This document shows, one piece after another, positions 15,577 through 30,560 of a stretch of DNA of 64,000 nucleotides (its first letter is position 1; the number at the start of each line of letters is the position of its first letter). The position numbers were made by a program, and so were the translations under genes. This stretch comes from Octopus vulgaris (lineage: Eukaryota): assembly GCA_951406725.2 (NCBI GenBank), contig OX597825.1, positions 9,424,001 to 9,488,000 on the forward strand. The letters run 5' to 3'. The notes beneath the pieces are model-generated. The model saw only the letters and a list, made by a program, of their open reading frames with translations, was not told the DNA's origin and searched no databases.

Positions 15577-15781
15577 GGAGGCGCATGGCTTTGTGGTTAG
15601 GGTGTCAGCATCATAATCATAAGATTGTGGTTTCGATTCCTGTACTGGGCGGCGCGTTGGGTTCTTGAGCAAAATAAATTCATTTCACGTTGCTCCAGTC
15701 CACTCAGCTGGCAAAAATTAGTAACGCTGCGATGGACTGAGAAACCGGGCCCATGAGCCTGGCTAGGCTTTAAAAGGGCGA
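15577..15781 (+). mobile_element. tRNA-derived SINE (head 2 / core 2)
   Basis: GGAGGCGCATGGCTTTGTGGTTAGGG head and TTGCTCCAGTCCACTCAGCTGG core; related to 31290-31502 and 45945. Confidence 0.72.
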
Positions 15782-16572
15782 AAAGAGAAGACAGGAACAT
15801 CTATGTAACCCAATTAAGTTAGTGGATTTGCATCGCTCTACTCAGCCAAACACGTCCATGCTGTTCGGCATTACTACAATTTGGTTTTATTCATGTATTC
15901 TTCCACATCTATAAAACACGTCAATTCGTTTTAAGTTTGTTTGGTTTTTATTTCCAATCTTGTGAGATATCTTTGGTCAAATTACTCACCACTTATTTAT
16001 CGTTTCAATCATAACTCTTCCAGCTTCTTAATCCCATGCAAAGCTAATTATCCCAACTTTCTTTAGCTACCATCTTGTAGAATTTTTTCTCGCTCTATAA
16101 GCACGCATAAATTGTAATGTTCCCTTCATTTTCTTCTATTTATTCTTTTTACGAAAGTATATAAGACTTAATATCGCTTCAGGGTTTTATGACTTAATAG
16201 AGCTTAATTACTCTTTGCATTTTTACCATAATTAACCTTCACCCGTTTATCTTCGTTTAAGATTCCTCCACTATATTGCATATAGATATGGCTAATGTGT
16301 TAACGGTTAGAATATTACTTTTGCCATTTATCTTAGATAAGAGATATGCATTCCTAAAAAGATGCTTCCTAAAACGATGGCTCCTAATAGTTTATTTATC
16401 GCATCCAACTCTATTATACGGAAATATTTATAGTCATGGTTATGTTTCTATTCTTGTCTGTTGTTTTCCGTTTCTTTCACTAGTATTGTATCTTCCCTTG
16501 TTAAAACTTTGCTCTTTTTAATCATAAATTTCATTCCATCTTCTTTAAATCTAAAAACAGTTTTTTTTTAAT

Positions 16573-16611
16573 ATTATTATTATCATTATTATCATTATTA
16601 TTATTATTATC

Positions 16612-16670
<59 letters not shown>

Positions 16671-16702
16671 CATTATTATTATTACCATTATTATTATTAT
16701 TA

Positions 16703-16737
<35 letters not shown>

Positions 16738-16753
16738 TATTATTATTATTATT
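16573..16753. repeat. (TTA)n microsatellite
   Basis: Read directly from the sequence. Confidence 0.97.
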
Positions 16754-17927
16754 ACAAAATCTATTTGAAATTAAGCTTCCATCCATCGATAAGTAGAATG
16801 TGCGTTAAACTGCCTGTGGTCTATAAGTAAATAACTCCTCGCTATATATATATATATATATTGTAGTAGCGTTGAATACATCATGCGTATCATAAACAAC
16901 TGCAACAAAGAGATCAAGCTGAAATATTTCTCTATTGATCTAAACGCTTCCCCCAGACTGGCTTCATTTTGTTTTTCCTTCGTTCATTCATCCACTTTTA
17001 CAATCACTTTATATTCTCTCAGCTTGCCTTGCCTCCTCTTACCATTTTATTACTACGGATAATCTCCATTTTCGTAAGCGACCTTTGCCATTTCGAAATA
17101 TGTGTGTCACTTCCTGGATAACTAGAGTATTATTTAGCTCCCAATAATTGATTCTCGGCTCTACACATCGGTTTTCATTCAAATGCTAATATATATATAT
17201 ATGGGTTATCTGCATACCCGTCAATACTGGCAGCTCTTATATACCCGTTAATGCTATTAACTCTTATACCCCCCCACCCTATACTATTAACTCTTACACC
17301 TGTCAATAACGTCTACATTATTCGAAATTTATTATTAACGTTGTTCAGATGCTTGGATTGGCAGAATCGATAGATCGTTAAAAAATAAGTAAGCCTGCAG
17401 GATTACTGCCAGTATTTTTTTTGTGTGTGTATATGTGTAATTGTGCGAGTGTAAGCGTGTGTGTATGTATGTGTGTGTGTGTGTATGTGTGTGTGTGTGT
17501 GTGTGTGTCTGTGTGTATGTGTGTGTTTTACGTTTAAGTTCAGACCCGTCGAGGTCATCCTTACCTTTCATCCTTTCAGCGTCGATAACATGACGTACCA
17601 GTTAAATACTTCTGCTGCTGGTTCGGTTAACCGCCTACTTTCAGAACGACTAGTCTTTTACCTATATCAGAAACCATTAAAAATGGCGAGCTGGTCGAAC
17701 GATTAGAGCTTTTGAAGTAATGTTTTGCCTTAAAAGGATCAACCTCATTATGTCATGAGTTCAAATGTTGCCACGGTCAACTTCACTTTCCATCCTTCCC
17801 GGATCAATAAAATAAAATACCAGTCGGATAATGAGGTCGATATAGCCGACTAACCCAGAAATGTTCAGTCCTTGTACATATATGAGAAAGGATATTATTA
17901 TCATTATTATCATTATTATTATTATTA

Positions 17928-18280
17928 TTCAGTAGTTTTATTTTTATAGCGTGCTTTCACTTCACTACCGAGCGCAGCTCTGTGTGCCTTGGGTATGTGC
18001 TGTGATTTGTTGTGATGCTCTGATGGTTATTGTATGGAAAGTGCTCTGCGTAGGATGTGTGCAGTGCCTAGTAGTACAATTTTCTGTATGTTATATGTGT
18101 TTGTAAGTCCTGGTGTTTTTGTTATGTATTTGTCTGAATATTTTTTTATCATGCCTAATGCACCTACTATGATAGGAATTGTTTCTGTTTTTAGATTCCA
18201 CATTCTGGTTACTTCTATTTCCAGGTCTTTGTATTTTGAGAGTTTCTCCATTTCTTTTAGAGACACGTTGTCATCTGCCG

Positions 18281-18284
<4 letters not shown>
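17928..18284 (-). mobile_element. 5'-truncated R4/Dong-like LINE (RLE C-terminus plus 3' UTR) inside (TAA)n
   Basis: ORF 18027-18359(-) gives DDNVSLKEMEKLSKYKDLEIEVTRMWNLKTETIPIIVGALG...IQKIVLLGTAHILRRALS, a restriction-like endonuclease end. TAA repeats flank both sides. Confidence 0.9.
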
Positions 18285-18347
<63 letters not shown>

Positions 18348-18960
18348 ATGAAAGCTCACATCTTATCATCTTATATTGCTGGGTTTGATGGAAAGTGTTA
18401 GTTGTCCACACCCAGCAGACTAAGGTGGCAATTGTTTCCTGGTCATACTTCAAGAGTCCTGCGAAGAATTATTGCAGTTCCAAACAATGCTGATTTTTGT
18501 AACATGTCCCAGAGTAGTGTCCTGGCCACCATAGTCCTATCTGAATCTATATTCCGTCTGTGCCAAAAGACTACAGGATCTTATGTACATAATAGTTCCT
18601 TCTTTCTCATTATTTACTCAGCACTTTTGGCGCATTTGTCTATTTTGGTCTTAATGATATTCGGTTGCAATGACTGGCTTTGGGCAGCAATTAGGAATCC
18701 TGCTTCGTTCTTATGGTTCCATTCTCAAGCCATAACCAATATTCCTCTGTTGCGACGTTCTGCCTTTTTCTGAGGTGTTGGCTGTGTTGTTCTGTCCACC
18801 AGATTTTTCGCTCATAGTGAGGGATATGACGATGAGGTGACACAAACACTGGACATGATAGAAAATGTCTAAGGTCATTTCTGCATCCGGCAAAGGACTA
18901 ATTATTAAAAGCAAGACAATGACATTTTTTTCCAGAAATATTCCCCAAGGTAATCAATAA
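18348..18960 (-). mobile_element. second R4/Dong-like family, decayed and internally deleted
   Basis: Minus-strand translations WLWLENG..NEAGFLIAAQSQSLQPNIIKTKIDK and DMLQKSALFGTAIILRRTLEV*; ends in TAA repeats. Confidence 0.75.
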
Positions 18961-19513
18961 AATATTAAAAGCAGCTGACCAGATCTTTTACTTAGGGGCA
19001 GACAGTACAATTGAGTTTATTCAGAGAAAAAGCTGTAAGGAAAAATCGTGATCTGATAGAAGAGAACTGACTGTCAATTTTAGTCTAAATCAAATTAAGA
19101 GGAAAATTCAACAGAAATTTTGTTCAAAATTGTTCCCTTGTGTTTCTATTTGCTTGTGGATGTCGGCGATGCCGGCGATGGTGGTGGTGGTGGTGGTAGT
19201 GGCGGTGGTGTTGATGGTGGCGGTGGCTCTGTTATGAGCTGTATTGTTTCTTTTAGCGTTCTTAATATCTTATTATTTCCGTTCTTCTGGCTGTTTCCTG
19301 TAGCCACGATAGCTCTGTTGCCGTTGTTGTTCTTCTTTCTCTGATCATTACTGCTGCTGCCATTGTTTTTTGTCGTCCTGTGACTGGCCTCTGAAGCCAC
19401 GGTGGCTCAGCTGTTGTCATTGTTGTTTAGAGTTGTTACTGTTGTTGTCCTTGTCTTTGTGTTCGATACTTTCTGTAGCCATAGAAAATGGACTGCTAGT
19501 TTGGTTTGTTGTG

Positions 19514-19868
19514 TCTGGAATATAGAGAGCTAACTTGACCGACCAGTAATATTTTCGAATACAGTGAGATACTTCAGAACCTCCCATTCCTGCAACTCCC
19601 CAGCTACATTATTTTAATGAGCTTACAAGCAGTCGGATGGTCTACCAGAATCCTGGATCTAGAGTAAAAACGAAAAAAGTACAGGTAAAGTCTGGGATAT
19701 AGAGAGCTAATTTGACTGACGAGTCATATTTGTGAACGCAGTGAGATAACTCAGTAAACCCAATTTCTGGAACTCGGCATCTACATTATTTTAATGAGCT
19801 TACAAGCAGTTTGATTGGTCTACCAAAATTCTGGATCTAAGGTAAAAGCGTGAAGAGGACCGGGAAAG
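19514..19868. repeat. diverged tandem duplication, ~177-bp period
   Basis: TCTGG(A/G)ATATAGAGAGCTAA at 19514 and 19691; shared CTACATTATTTTAATGAGCTTACAAGCAGT. Confidence 0.85.
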
Positions 19869-20994
19869 TGTTCCGAAAAAGTGGTGCAACAGAACAGGAA
19901 CATTATATAGATATAAGGAAAAGAAAAATGGAGACAGAGATAGGTAATATGTTGATATATATAGCAATATTCGTTATAGCGAAACGGCTTATGATTGCAC
20001 TATTCTTTGGTCAGCGAACAGGTGGAAATTGAACGGGTCAGAGAGAGAGAGAGAGGAAGGGAGGGATATAGGTTTTAAGGTAAATAAAGGCATTAAAAGA
20101 AGCAGCGCGCATGTGTAGAGAGTGGGAGAAAATAGAGAGAGATAGAAAGAGTGGGGGAAGTTAAAGCCAGCATAGTCTGTTTTTACAAAACAAAAAATAT
20201 GTTTCAGAAAAGTGTTGCAGATTTACAGGATGGAGACATTAAGTAAATATAGAGAAAAGAAAAACAGAGATAGGAATAGCTAATATTTAGATATATTATA
20301 TATAGCAATGTTTGGAAAAGCAACACGGCTTACAATCATATCATTCATTGGTGAGCAAACAAGTGAAAATTCAGCGGGTCAGAGACAGAGAGAAGGGGGT
20401 GAGTACTATTATTCTTTGGTCGGCGAACAAATGAAAGGAGCTAATTCTCTCCCTCTCATGGCTTCTGATTTTAACTGGCTGAACGTGTTATCCTATTCAT
20501 GTTTTGCCTTTGTGTAAAACTTGGGCTACAGCAAATACACTTACTAAGAAGGGTTCAGTATGGTTTTCCAAGTCCTTACGACCCCTGAAAGTACGAAGTC
20601 CTTCGAGTCGTCTACTCTGTCATGGATAAAGAAACTAAAGCGATTACACTGGTGAGATAAGGCAAAGGCCCTTATTCCTTAACCTATATTCCTTAACCTT
20701 ATTCCTATTCCAAAAGCCCTTATTCCTTAACATCAACAGATATTGGTAAGAATATCGACCATTTGTTTCTCATAACCTAAGCTGAGTGGTATCGATATAA
20801 AGTGGTAGGAAGGTAAACCCGAAACAACACCCTGCTGTACGTTTAATTGAAATGTGTATAAACATCATGGTCCCAATCACTCCTGATAACCCGAGCCCTA
20901 CCCAGATTCCCTATCCCAACGAACTGACGGAGATCAAACTAGAAATGCAGGCAGAAGGTCTAGTTGATGCTTAAATATATACAATTAGATTTCA

Positions 20995-21226
20995 GGGCGG
21001 CGAACTTACAGAAACATTAGCAAGTCAGGCGAAATGCTTAGCGGTATTTCGTCTACCGTTACGTTCTGAGTTCAAATTCCTCCGAGGTCGACTTTGCTTC
21101 TCATCCCATTCGGGGTCGATAAATAAAGTACCAGTTTCGCACTGGGGTCGATGTAATCGACTTAATCCCTTTGTCTGTCCTTGTTTGTCCCCTCTATGTT
21201 TAGCCCCTTGTGAGTAGTAAAGAAAC
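20995..21226 (+). mobile_element. SINE family A
   Basis: Full-length match to the family A head, core and tail. Confidence 0.88.
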
Positions 21227-22299
21227 ATATAGACAATTAAACTTATACAAAAATAAAAGGCATTTATCTTCCGATATATTGGGGAGGATTTATAGAGAAT
21301 AAACTCTGCGTCACAGCATTAATCACCGCTTCATTCATCTATGATGTAATGTCGTATCGTAGTTTAGTTCTTGCTATCTAGTTTCCGATATGAAGACGTA
21401 TTTCTGCTTATGAATAATGACAAATAATGAATTTTAGATGCATACTAAATTCTACAAAGCTTACATCTTTTACTATGATATTGATTAAAACTTACTATAA
21501 AGTTTTAATAATGCTTTCGTTGTGATTCATGAGAATCTTTTGTATAACTTAGAGCAAGTTTTATTCAATTCATGTTATTTGAAAGGAAGTATGTATAAAG
21601 AAAGTTACACTTGAAGACACCTTAATGCACATTTACTATTGAAATGTTGCACGTATCTAGGTTTTAAGGCGTGTTGTAAGAGAGCAGAAAACTTTAGATG
21701 AAGATCATCGCGAAATTTTATTCTTGATTTGATTTCATAACCCAGCAATTCATAAACGTTAAGTATAAATTTATTCAGTGTTTATATCAAAGCAGGTCCC
21801 AAGAACCTCGCTTTTCTAGAGCACCCTTGGCTACAGATTTGAGCACAGCAAGAACAAAAACAGATGCGGTGTCCTCAAACTATTTGGCTCCGGCCCTAGA
21901 ATCGATGTTTGGGAGATGGAAGTGTGTCGTTTAAAACACAAAACTGCCCAGAAATGACAATCATTATTTCCCACCGATTCTTTGTTGGTCATTTTATAAG
22001 AAGTAGCGACTAAAGAAATGCTTGAATCTGGAATATAAGAAATAACGGGCATAAATGAGTCACCAAGGGAAAAGTTAAAAAAGGAAGGTGGGAGACCCCC
22101 AAGAGGTGTCTAAGGGGACTGCTAAAGAAGTAGAAAGAAGGGTGAAGAAATGGTTTGCTCTTGCGGAAAAACGTAACAAATCCCAAAAAGCACACAAAAA
22201 GACCCCCAAAGCTTGGTTGTCTTTCTTTACATTTTAGGGGCCCATATTGTCTTGTTGCCGATTTCCTTTTGTCGATGGAACCCATACTGAGACATGGCG

Positions 22300-22740
22300 T
22301 CCGGAATATTATCAAACACTCAATGTTATCTTTCATCAAAAGAATTGGGAGTATGTCAACACTTGAATGTTAAAGGGAACTAGTGCTGCATGTGAGGGAC
22401 GTGTTGCTGTGTTTGCTAGGCATCGACCAGGACCAAATGAATGGATGTTTCTGAGAACCTTCAACCGAGAGGATATGAAACACTTCTCAAAATCCATTGC
22501 CTGGTCTTGCTACTACGGTATTCAAGATCAACTCCGATATGCATACTGCACCATCAAATCGTTTTATGCTAACTCTTTCAGTATTTCAGTCTTTTTGACT
22601 TATTTGTGCAATATGAATCTGATTTTGTCTGGTGATGTTGAATCATCAAGTCGACTTATTTTGATGTTGAAGGTTAGACTGTTTATCCTTGTCTGGTGGA
22701 TATAATGAAATATTCTGTATAGTAGACCAGATATTAAGCA
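22300..22740 (-). mobile_element. highly decayed L1/Tx1-like RT relic
   Basis: One minus frame reads SPDKIRFI...DLMVQYA...MDFEKCF...HSFGPG, resembling RT domains 2-3 (PDQ.GF, DFEKAF, FGP), with several stops. Confidence 0.45.
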
Positions 22741-22820
22741 TTAAAGACAAGCATTTTCCTTCTTGGTCAAACCCTTTTTAACTACATGGTATTCTTTTTC
22801 AGTAACTTTGCTGAAAGAGA

Positions 22821-22951
22821 CGAGGGGTGTACGAAAGGTTTTGAGCATTCAAGGGCTTTGAGCCTTGAAGTTTTGTACCTTCATCAGAAGTCTTGTATTA
22901 TGTCTTTTTGGGGGGTTTTTTTGAGGCTCAAGACTTTTCATACACTTCTCG
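22821..22951. mobile_element. Tc1/mariner-type MITE
   Basis: ~26-bp imperfect TIRs CGAGGGGTGTACGAAAGGTTTTGAGC / GCTCAAGACTTTTCATACACTTCTCG, with TA on the right flank. Confidence 0.65.
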
Positions 22952-24085
22952 TATATTTGATCCGAATATTGTACGAATGCATGGGCCTATTCTTAACATA
23001 AGCCTATAGGAAAGAGATCATCGCGGGGTTAAAGCAATTTATTTAGTTAAATAAGTATAATTTGGGATCTTAGGGTTTCGTTAATTTACTTTAGGTCAAT
23101 CAGCGGAGTCCGCCATTCCAATAATTAGTCTAAACCGTTTCAAAGCGAAACACTCCTTTCCTCCAAAATTTGAGAAAATATTGCAAGTGGGAGTTTTCAA
23201 TTTTTGCAACCAACTATATTTTGGGTGTAGTAAATATAATATATTTATCAATTTTCTTATCCTGCCATCTGAATTATATTTATACACTTCATCTTTCATC
23301 TTTCTGCTCTCTGCCCTCCCAGATCAGCATCTCTTCATCTTTTTCTTCTTTTATTACTACTATTACTTCTTTTCCTCCTCCTCCACCTTCTTTTCGTCCC
23401 TCTCCACCTTCTCCTCCTCCTCTTCTTCTCGCTACTACTTGGTCCTCTTTCCCACCACTTCCTTAGCATCTTTTTTCCTCTTCTTTTTCTTCTTCGTCTT
23501 CATCTACTCTTGCTTTTCTTCTTACTCTTCATCTCTTTTTACTTCTTTTCTCGCTTCGCCATTTTCTTTCCTCATATTTTTCTTCCTCTCCTTTTTATGT
23601 TTCATCGTTAGCCAGCTTCCGCCCATAAACTATGTACTTTCAACTGCTCTATTACGTTTCTTTCATGTCATTCAGCGGCATCGCCTAAGTGGTTGGGGTA
23701 AAGTCGGAAGTGTTGGATCATGAAATGAAAGTTATATAGAAAGTAAAGGGATATTCTTGAATCAGTTGGAACCGAAAGTAAAGCAATTAAATAGATAGAA
23801 AGATGATAGATGGATTGTGGTGTTAATGTTAACACTATTAATGTAGACAACCAGTAGCGTGTAGCCAAGGTAATCGCAACAGGCTGTTGATTTTGAATTC
23901 AAATTCCAAGAAATGTCATTTGCGAAAGAGCTATCACAAAGATAGCTAGACATGTAAAGGAGTCTTTATTAGAAACGTGTTGGGAGTTCAAAGATGGTGA
24001 AAATCTTAATCACTGCAATGTTTGGAATTGCCAGAGCTATTATTCATTCATCGTGAAAAATCTGATTCCTCTTAATATATATATG

Positions 24086-24150
<65 letters not shown>

Positions 24151-25216
24151 ATATATATATATGTATAATATGTGTGTATGTATATATGCATATATATATA
24201 TATATATGTATATATACATGTATATATATATGTATGTAGGTATATATATATGTGTGTGTGCATGCGTGTTTGTGTGTGTATAGCATTATATATGTATATG
24301 TGTGCTGCGCGCATCTATATCTTATCTGTACATATGTACTGGAGTTGAATGGAATCTGACACGTATGTAAATATTACACACATATGTGAATACAGTCACA
24401 CGCAAATATATATTTTATATATACGCATACATAACACGCACATAGAAATATAAGTATGAATGACTATAAGCATATACATACGCTCGTGTTTATATATGTA
24501 TTCCTGTATAAACACACACACACATATATATGTATATATACATACATACATGCATATACATACATATATATATATATATATGCATGTATACATATACGCA
24601 TATGATATATACTTATACACACATACACACTTTCATGCATGCATACATTCATACATTTATGTATATGTGCATAAGCCAGACATTTTCTATATTAAGAAAA
24701 GCCTTTTCAAATGAGGAGATTACATCTTGTGATGTGTAACTTTGCAACAGGATAGAAGAAGTCTGCTTATCGCATTCATCGAGAATTTTAAGTAATAAAC
24801 ATGAAAGAAACATCTGAAACATTATCAATTTACGATGGTAAGCTAATTTAACTAATTCTTCGGAAATCGCAATGGCCGAATAAATAGGCGTACACCCCCT
24901 CGAGGCGGAATCGCTTTCGGTGCGTATGATATTAATGCAACTATATAATATCATAGTCAGAGTTCCGAACCACAAACGGTCCGATGAATTGGGAGAAAAT
25001 ATGAGAGAACAAAACAAATATGAGCTTCAAATTAAAAGCTCCAGCACAGTTTTAATATTTTCCACCAGTGCCTGAAAGAGATTATGAATAACACAATATC
25101 CTATTCCTCCGAAACTCAGAAAATTTGGGACGATGCACCTAAATGTTTCATGGGTTATGTAATAATGTATAACGTTGCATAATTTTACTCCTGTTGATTT
25201 TACAGCGTGTGTATAC

Positions 25217-25247
<31 letters not shown>

Positions 25248-25265
25248 GGTGTGTCAGTATTTATG

Positions 25266-25306
<41 letters not shown>

Positions 25307-25307
25307 G

Positions 25308-25365
<58 letters not shown>

Positions 25366-25380
25366 GGGATGGATAGATGA

Positions 25381-25467
<87 letters not shown>
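25266..25467. repeat. (TAGA)n microsatellite
   Basis: Read directly from the sequence. Confidence 0.97.
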
Positions 25468-25699
25468 TTTCTGTGTATGCGCGTGTGTTTTATAACTATT
25501 ATTGTCATTATAATATATAGACTATTGACATTATATTAATTTTATAGTTCCTGTATTGACTTCATGTCTGAGCGATAATTGCCTACCTGATCAGCCTGTT
25601 TAAGTATTCGACACGTTCAAATCTTTTTCAGGTACGAAATACATACATACATACATACACACATACATGCATACATACATACATACATACATACATACA

Positions 25700-25727
<28 letters not shown>

Positions 25728-25730
<3 letters not shown>

Positions 25731-26195
25731 TTTTGGGATTGATGTGCATTAAGGTGTCATATTTCCCAAATTTCTCTTTAAAACGAAGTGTTCGATGCTT
25801 TAGAATGTTAATCTCTGCTTCGAATCTTTGGTGTGCAAGATATATTCTGATTCTCGTTTCCTTATTTGGTTCTGATATAAAATTCGTGGAACGGAATTTT
25901 CGTGGGGAATTCACTGGTTCCCGGCTTATCCATTGTACGTATGTGTTTGTTAAATTTTCGTTTCTAATTGCTTTCCAATACGCTTGTTTATTTGGATTTA
26001 ATAAATTATTCCAGATATTTTTCATCTGGTTCTTTTTCTTGAGTGCTTCATTTTCCGGAGATTGTTTTTTGGAGTTTCGGGGGTGTTTTTAATGTGTTTT
26101 GATGTTAGCAGAGTTTCTACTTTTTCTCTGTAAACACTAGTTTGTTCTTCCTTTTCCCGAAATACTGATGCGGGTCATGTTTGTTTGCGAGGATT
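25728..26195 (-). pseudogene. protein-like ORF fragment of unknown (probably transposon) origin
   Basis: ORF 25600-26025(-) has about 95 complex residues (WNNLLNPNKQAYWKAIRNENL...PRKF...EAEINILKHR) bounded by microsatellites. I do not recognise the family. Confidence 0.4.
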
Positions 26196-26233
26196 ATTAT
26201 TTTATATATATATATATATATATATATTAAAGG

Positions 26234-26515
26234 TGTGTCAGCACAAATATGAGAAAGAGATAAAACAATTAAAACTTAGAACAATATACATCAAATCCAG
26301 ACACTGAAATAAGACTATCAGAATGAAAGCAGCCTTACAATGGCTCGGCACCAGACGAAACCCATAATGTATAAGACAGAGAGATATGAGAAGATTAAAC
26401 AATAGTGTAACAGAAGTGAATTAATTTCCCTTGTAAATAGCTTCATCTCATCACCATATATCAGGTCATTGTCATTGTCCAGAGCATTTATATCCGTTGT
26501 TATTTCCGTCAGCCG
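26234..26515. mobile_element. R4-like RT fragment with an internal inversion
   Basis: 26234-26418 matches the reverse complement of 29334-29516, and 26421-26515 matches 29590-29685 directly. The minus strand encodes [15 protein letters not shown] (YMDD region). Confidence 0.75.
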
Positions 26516-26556
<41 letters not shown>

Positions 26557-26580
26557 GCAAGATACATACTATATAAATAT

Positions 26581-26637
<57 letters not shown>

Positions 26638-26739
26638 CATGTACATATTTATATATATATATACATATACATATATTATATATATATATACATATACATA
26701 TATATATAGAAATGTATATATACATATATACATATATAT

Positions 26740-26806
<67 letters not shown>

Positions 26807-26824
26807 TGTGTGTGTGTGTGTGTT

Positions 26825-26940
26825 TGGCTGTATACTGTCAACTTAACGTCACAGTCCTGAAAGGGAATTACAGTACCGCTGTTTAGCCCTAGGAAGCATC
26901 GCTTACATGACTGTCACGTTAAGTTGACAGTATACAGCCA
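26825..26940. repeat. 32-bp inverted repeat with a 52-bp spacer (MITE-like hairpin)
   Basis: TGGCTGTATACTGTCAACTTAACGTCACAGTC versus GACTGTCACGTTAAGTTGACAGTATACAGCCA, one mismatch. Confidence 0.85.
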
Positions 26941-26995
26941 CTCTATCGCTCCACCACCGTACATATCTCTATGAGATATTTAGAAATTTAATATT

Positions 26996-27358
<363 letters not shown>

Positions 27359-27369
27359 ACATATATATA

Positions 27370-27760
27370 TTGGTTCATACCGTAAATAATGCGTTTATTC
27401 AGTTGCATGAACTGAAAGTCGGAGGACGGGATAAACTGCCTTCATCAACTTGCTATAAAAGCAGGCAGTAATGTTACCTTTTTTCCTTATTCTTAGTGCA
27501 ATTTTTGAGGAGTGCACTTCGATATTGAAACTTATTTTTTCAAAGCTATAATGGAAGTGGCAAATGGGAATATTCGGCATATTTTGCTTCAAGAATTCAA
27601 TAAAGGCAACAACGCAACGGAGTGTTCGAGGAATATTAATGCAGTATATAAAGATCGGACGATAAATATAAACCAGTGTCAACGCTGGTTTCAGAAGTTC
27701 CGAGCCGGAAACTACAGCCTTGAAGACAAGCCTCGTCGTTGAAGATTTGTGGCTTTCTAA
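27370..27760 (+). mobile_element. mariner transposon 5' fragment (left TIR plus transposase HTH)
   Basis: TA+TTGGTTCATACCGTAAATAATGCG terminus; MEVANGNIRHILLQEFNKGNNATECSRNINAVY...CQRWFQKFRAGNYSLEDKPR is a Mos1-type N-terminal HTH. Truncated; no right TIR seen. Confidence 0.9.
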
Positions 27761-27989
27761 CAGCATATTCGCGTTACGTACGATATATACAATGTCATTG
27801 TGAATTAATACTACCACCGTTGCTAATAACGAATATTCATATACGTTTATATGTCAACATACAATACGTTGATGGATCGGATCACTCAATACGTTTTGTA
27901 GAGTAAAATAGACTTTTACAGGAGCAAATGTGACAGTGATTTCGAAGCTTCAACTTCGAATTCATGGTCATCACTCGTCTTTAAGTATT

Positions 27990-28940
<951 letters not shown>

Positions 28941-29199
28941 GAGACATGTATATTTACACTTATATAATTGTTGGAAAGTGTAAGCAGAAAACGTGAAACC
29001 ACAGGACCAATCTATTGTCAGCATCTAACAATAAAAAAAATGTAAACTTTATTTCATTCATTCCGTTTATATTTCTTCTCACGTTTCGAAACTTAAATGA
29101 AAGGCATGTCTCCATATCACACTAATGTTTCTAATAAGTATATGTCTAATCTTATTAATTTTACTTTGTGTTCGCTCTCTGTATCAGAGTATGTGCCCC

Positions 29200-30560
29200 T
29201 GAGCGCCTAGGGTAGGTCAAAGTTGTGTGTATTGTTTTCAAGATACTAGAATTTGAAAGGTGTTAGTAAATTTTTTGCTTTTCCTAAGATTTTCAATTCT
29301 TCATTTCTAACATTGTTTTTAATATTTGTCACACACTTCTGTTGCATCATTGTTTCATCTTCTCATTTCTCCCTGTGTTATACTTTACGGGTTTCGTCTA
29401 CTGCTGAGCCATTGTAAGGCTGCTTTTATTCTAATAATTTCATTTCAATGTCTGAATTTGATGTATTGTTCCGAGTTTTAATTGTTTTTGTCTCTTCATA
29501 TATTAGTTCTGACACATTTTTCTAGTCATACACTAATTATATATTCTTGACTGAATTCATTTACAATTACTATTATGATCAGCATCTGGTTAATTTCCCT
29601 TGTAAATAGATTTATCTCATCACCATATACAGGAGGCTATTATCGTTGGCCAGAGCATTTGTATCCGCTGTTAATTCAGTCAGCCAAGGCTGTGTGTCAA
29701 AATGAATATACGGACTCTGCCTAAAAGGTTTTTCCTCCAATGTTTTACGGGTGTTTTTAATTATCTTATTACGCAGCGATCTGGTGCTTTGATGATCCAC
29801 TGCGGAGGTACTACATTACTTTTGAAGTTGCTTTAGTTATTCAATGTGACTGTAGCAATACCCACAGCGAGCGGTAGGCTACCAAATGTTATTTGGTAAT
29901 CAATCCATGCCACACACTTTTTTTTCTGTCATCAATAATTATCCAATTTGCTCTTAGCAACGTTTTACATCTCCACATGCCCTTCCATCTCTTCCCAACA
30001 CCAATACTGCTCTTCTGGTAATATGTAATTGGTTTTCCTTTGAGCGAATGCCCTGTTAAAGGGAATATAAATAAAGTGTTTCTCAGTTGTTTGCAAACAA
30101 GCTTGTAGATTTGCCAAGCCTCTGTTTTTTTTATTTATTTATCTATTTTTATTTTAATTATAGCTTGAGGAATCAATATTCATTTTCTCTCTAGTAACCA
30201 TTCAGCTATTTATTCTGGTCTGTTTGCTAATTCGTTGATTGTTGTTACCATAAATTCATGAATACTAATGAGGTGTTCCATCAGAATATTGAGAACTTTG
30301 TCAATCCCCGAGAGCTTTCCAGTTGCTTGTAGATTTTATCGTTGTTGCTGAATGACTTGCTAGTCAGGTGGACAATGCCTGCAGTGCTATTGAATTTTGT
30401 TTCATGCGTTTTTCTTCTGATCCATTGTGCTTCATGATCGTGTCGAATGATTTCTTTTTTTCTCTCTCCCAATATGCTTCAAGTGTCGTTGATGTTGATA
30501 TGTCATTCACATGACTTTGCTTTTTCTTTTTCTGGTTGCTTTTTTGGGGGTAATGTCACT
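29200..30560 (-). mobile_element. decayed R4/Dong-like LINE reverse-transcriptase region
   Basis: Ordered minus-strand motifs across frameshifts: NWKALG.IDKV (domain 0), LPEEQ (2), AWIDYQ..FGSLP (3), LLY(M)DEINLF (5), LEKC (6). Confidence 0.8.

Noticed and set aside
20669-20731. Telomere-like CCTTAACC repeats
   Set aside because: Irregular local slippage of TATTCCTTAAC, not (TTAGGG)n.
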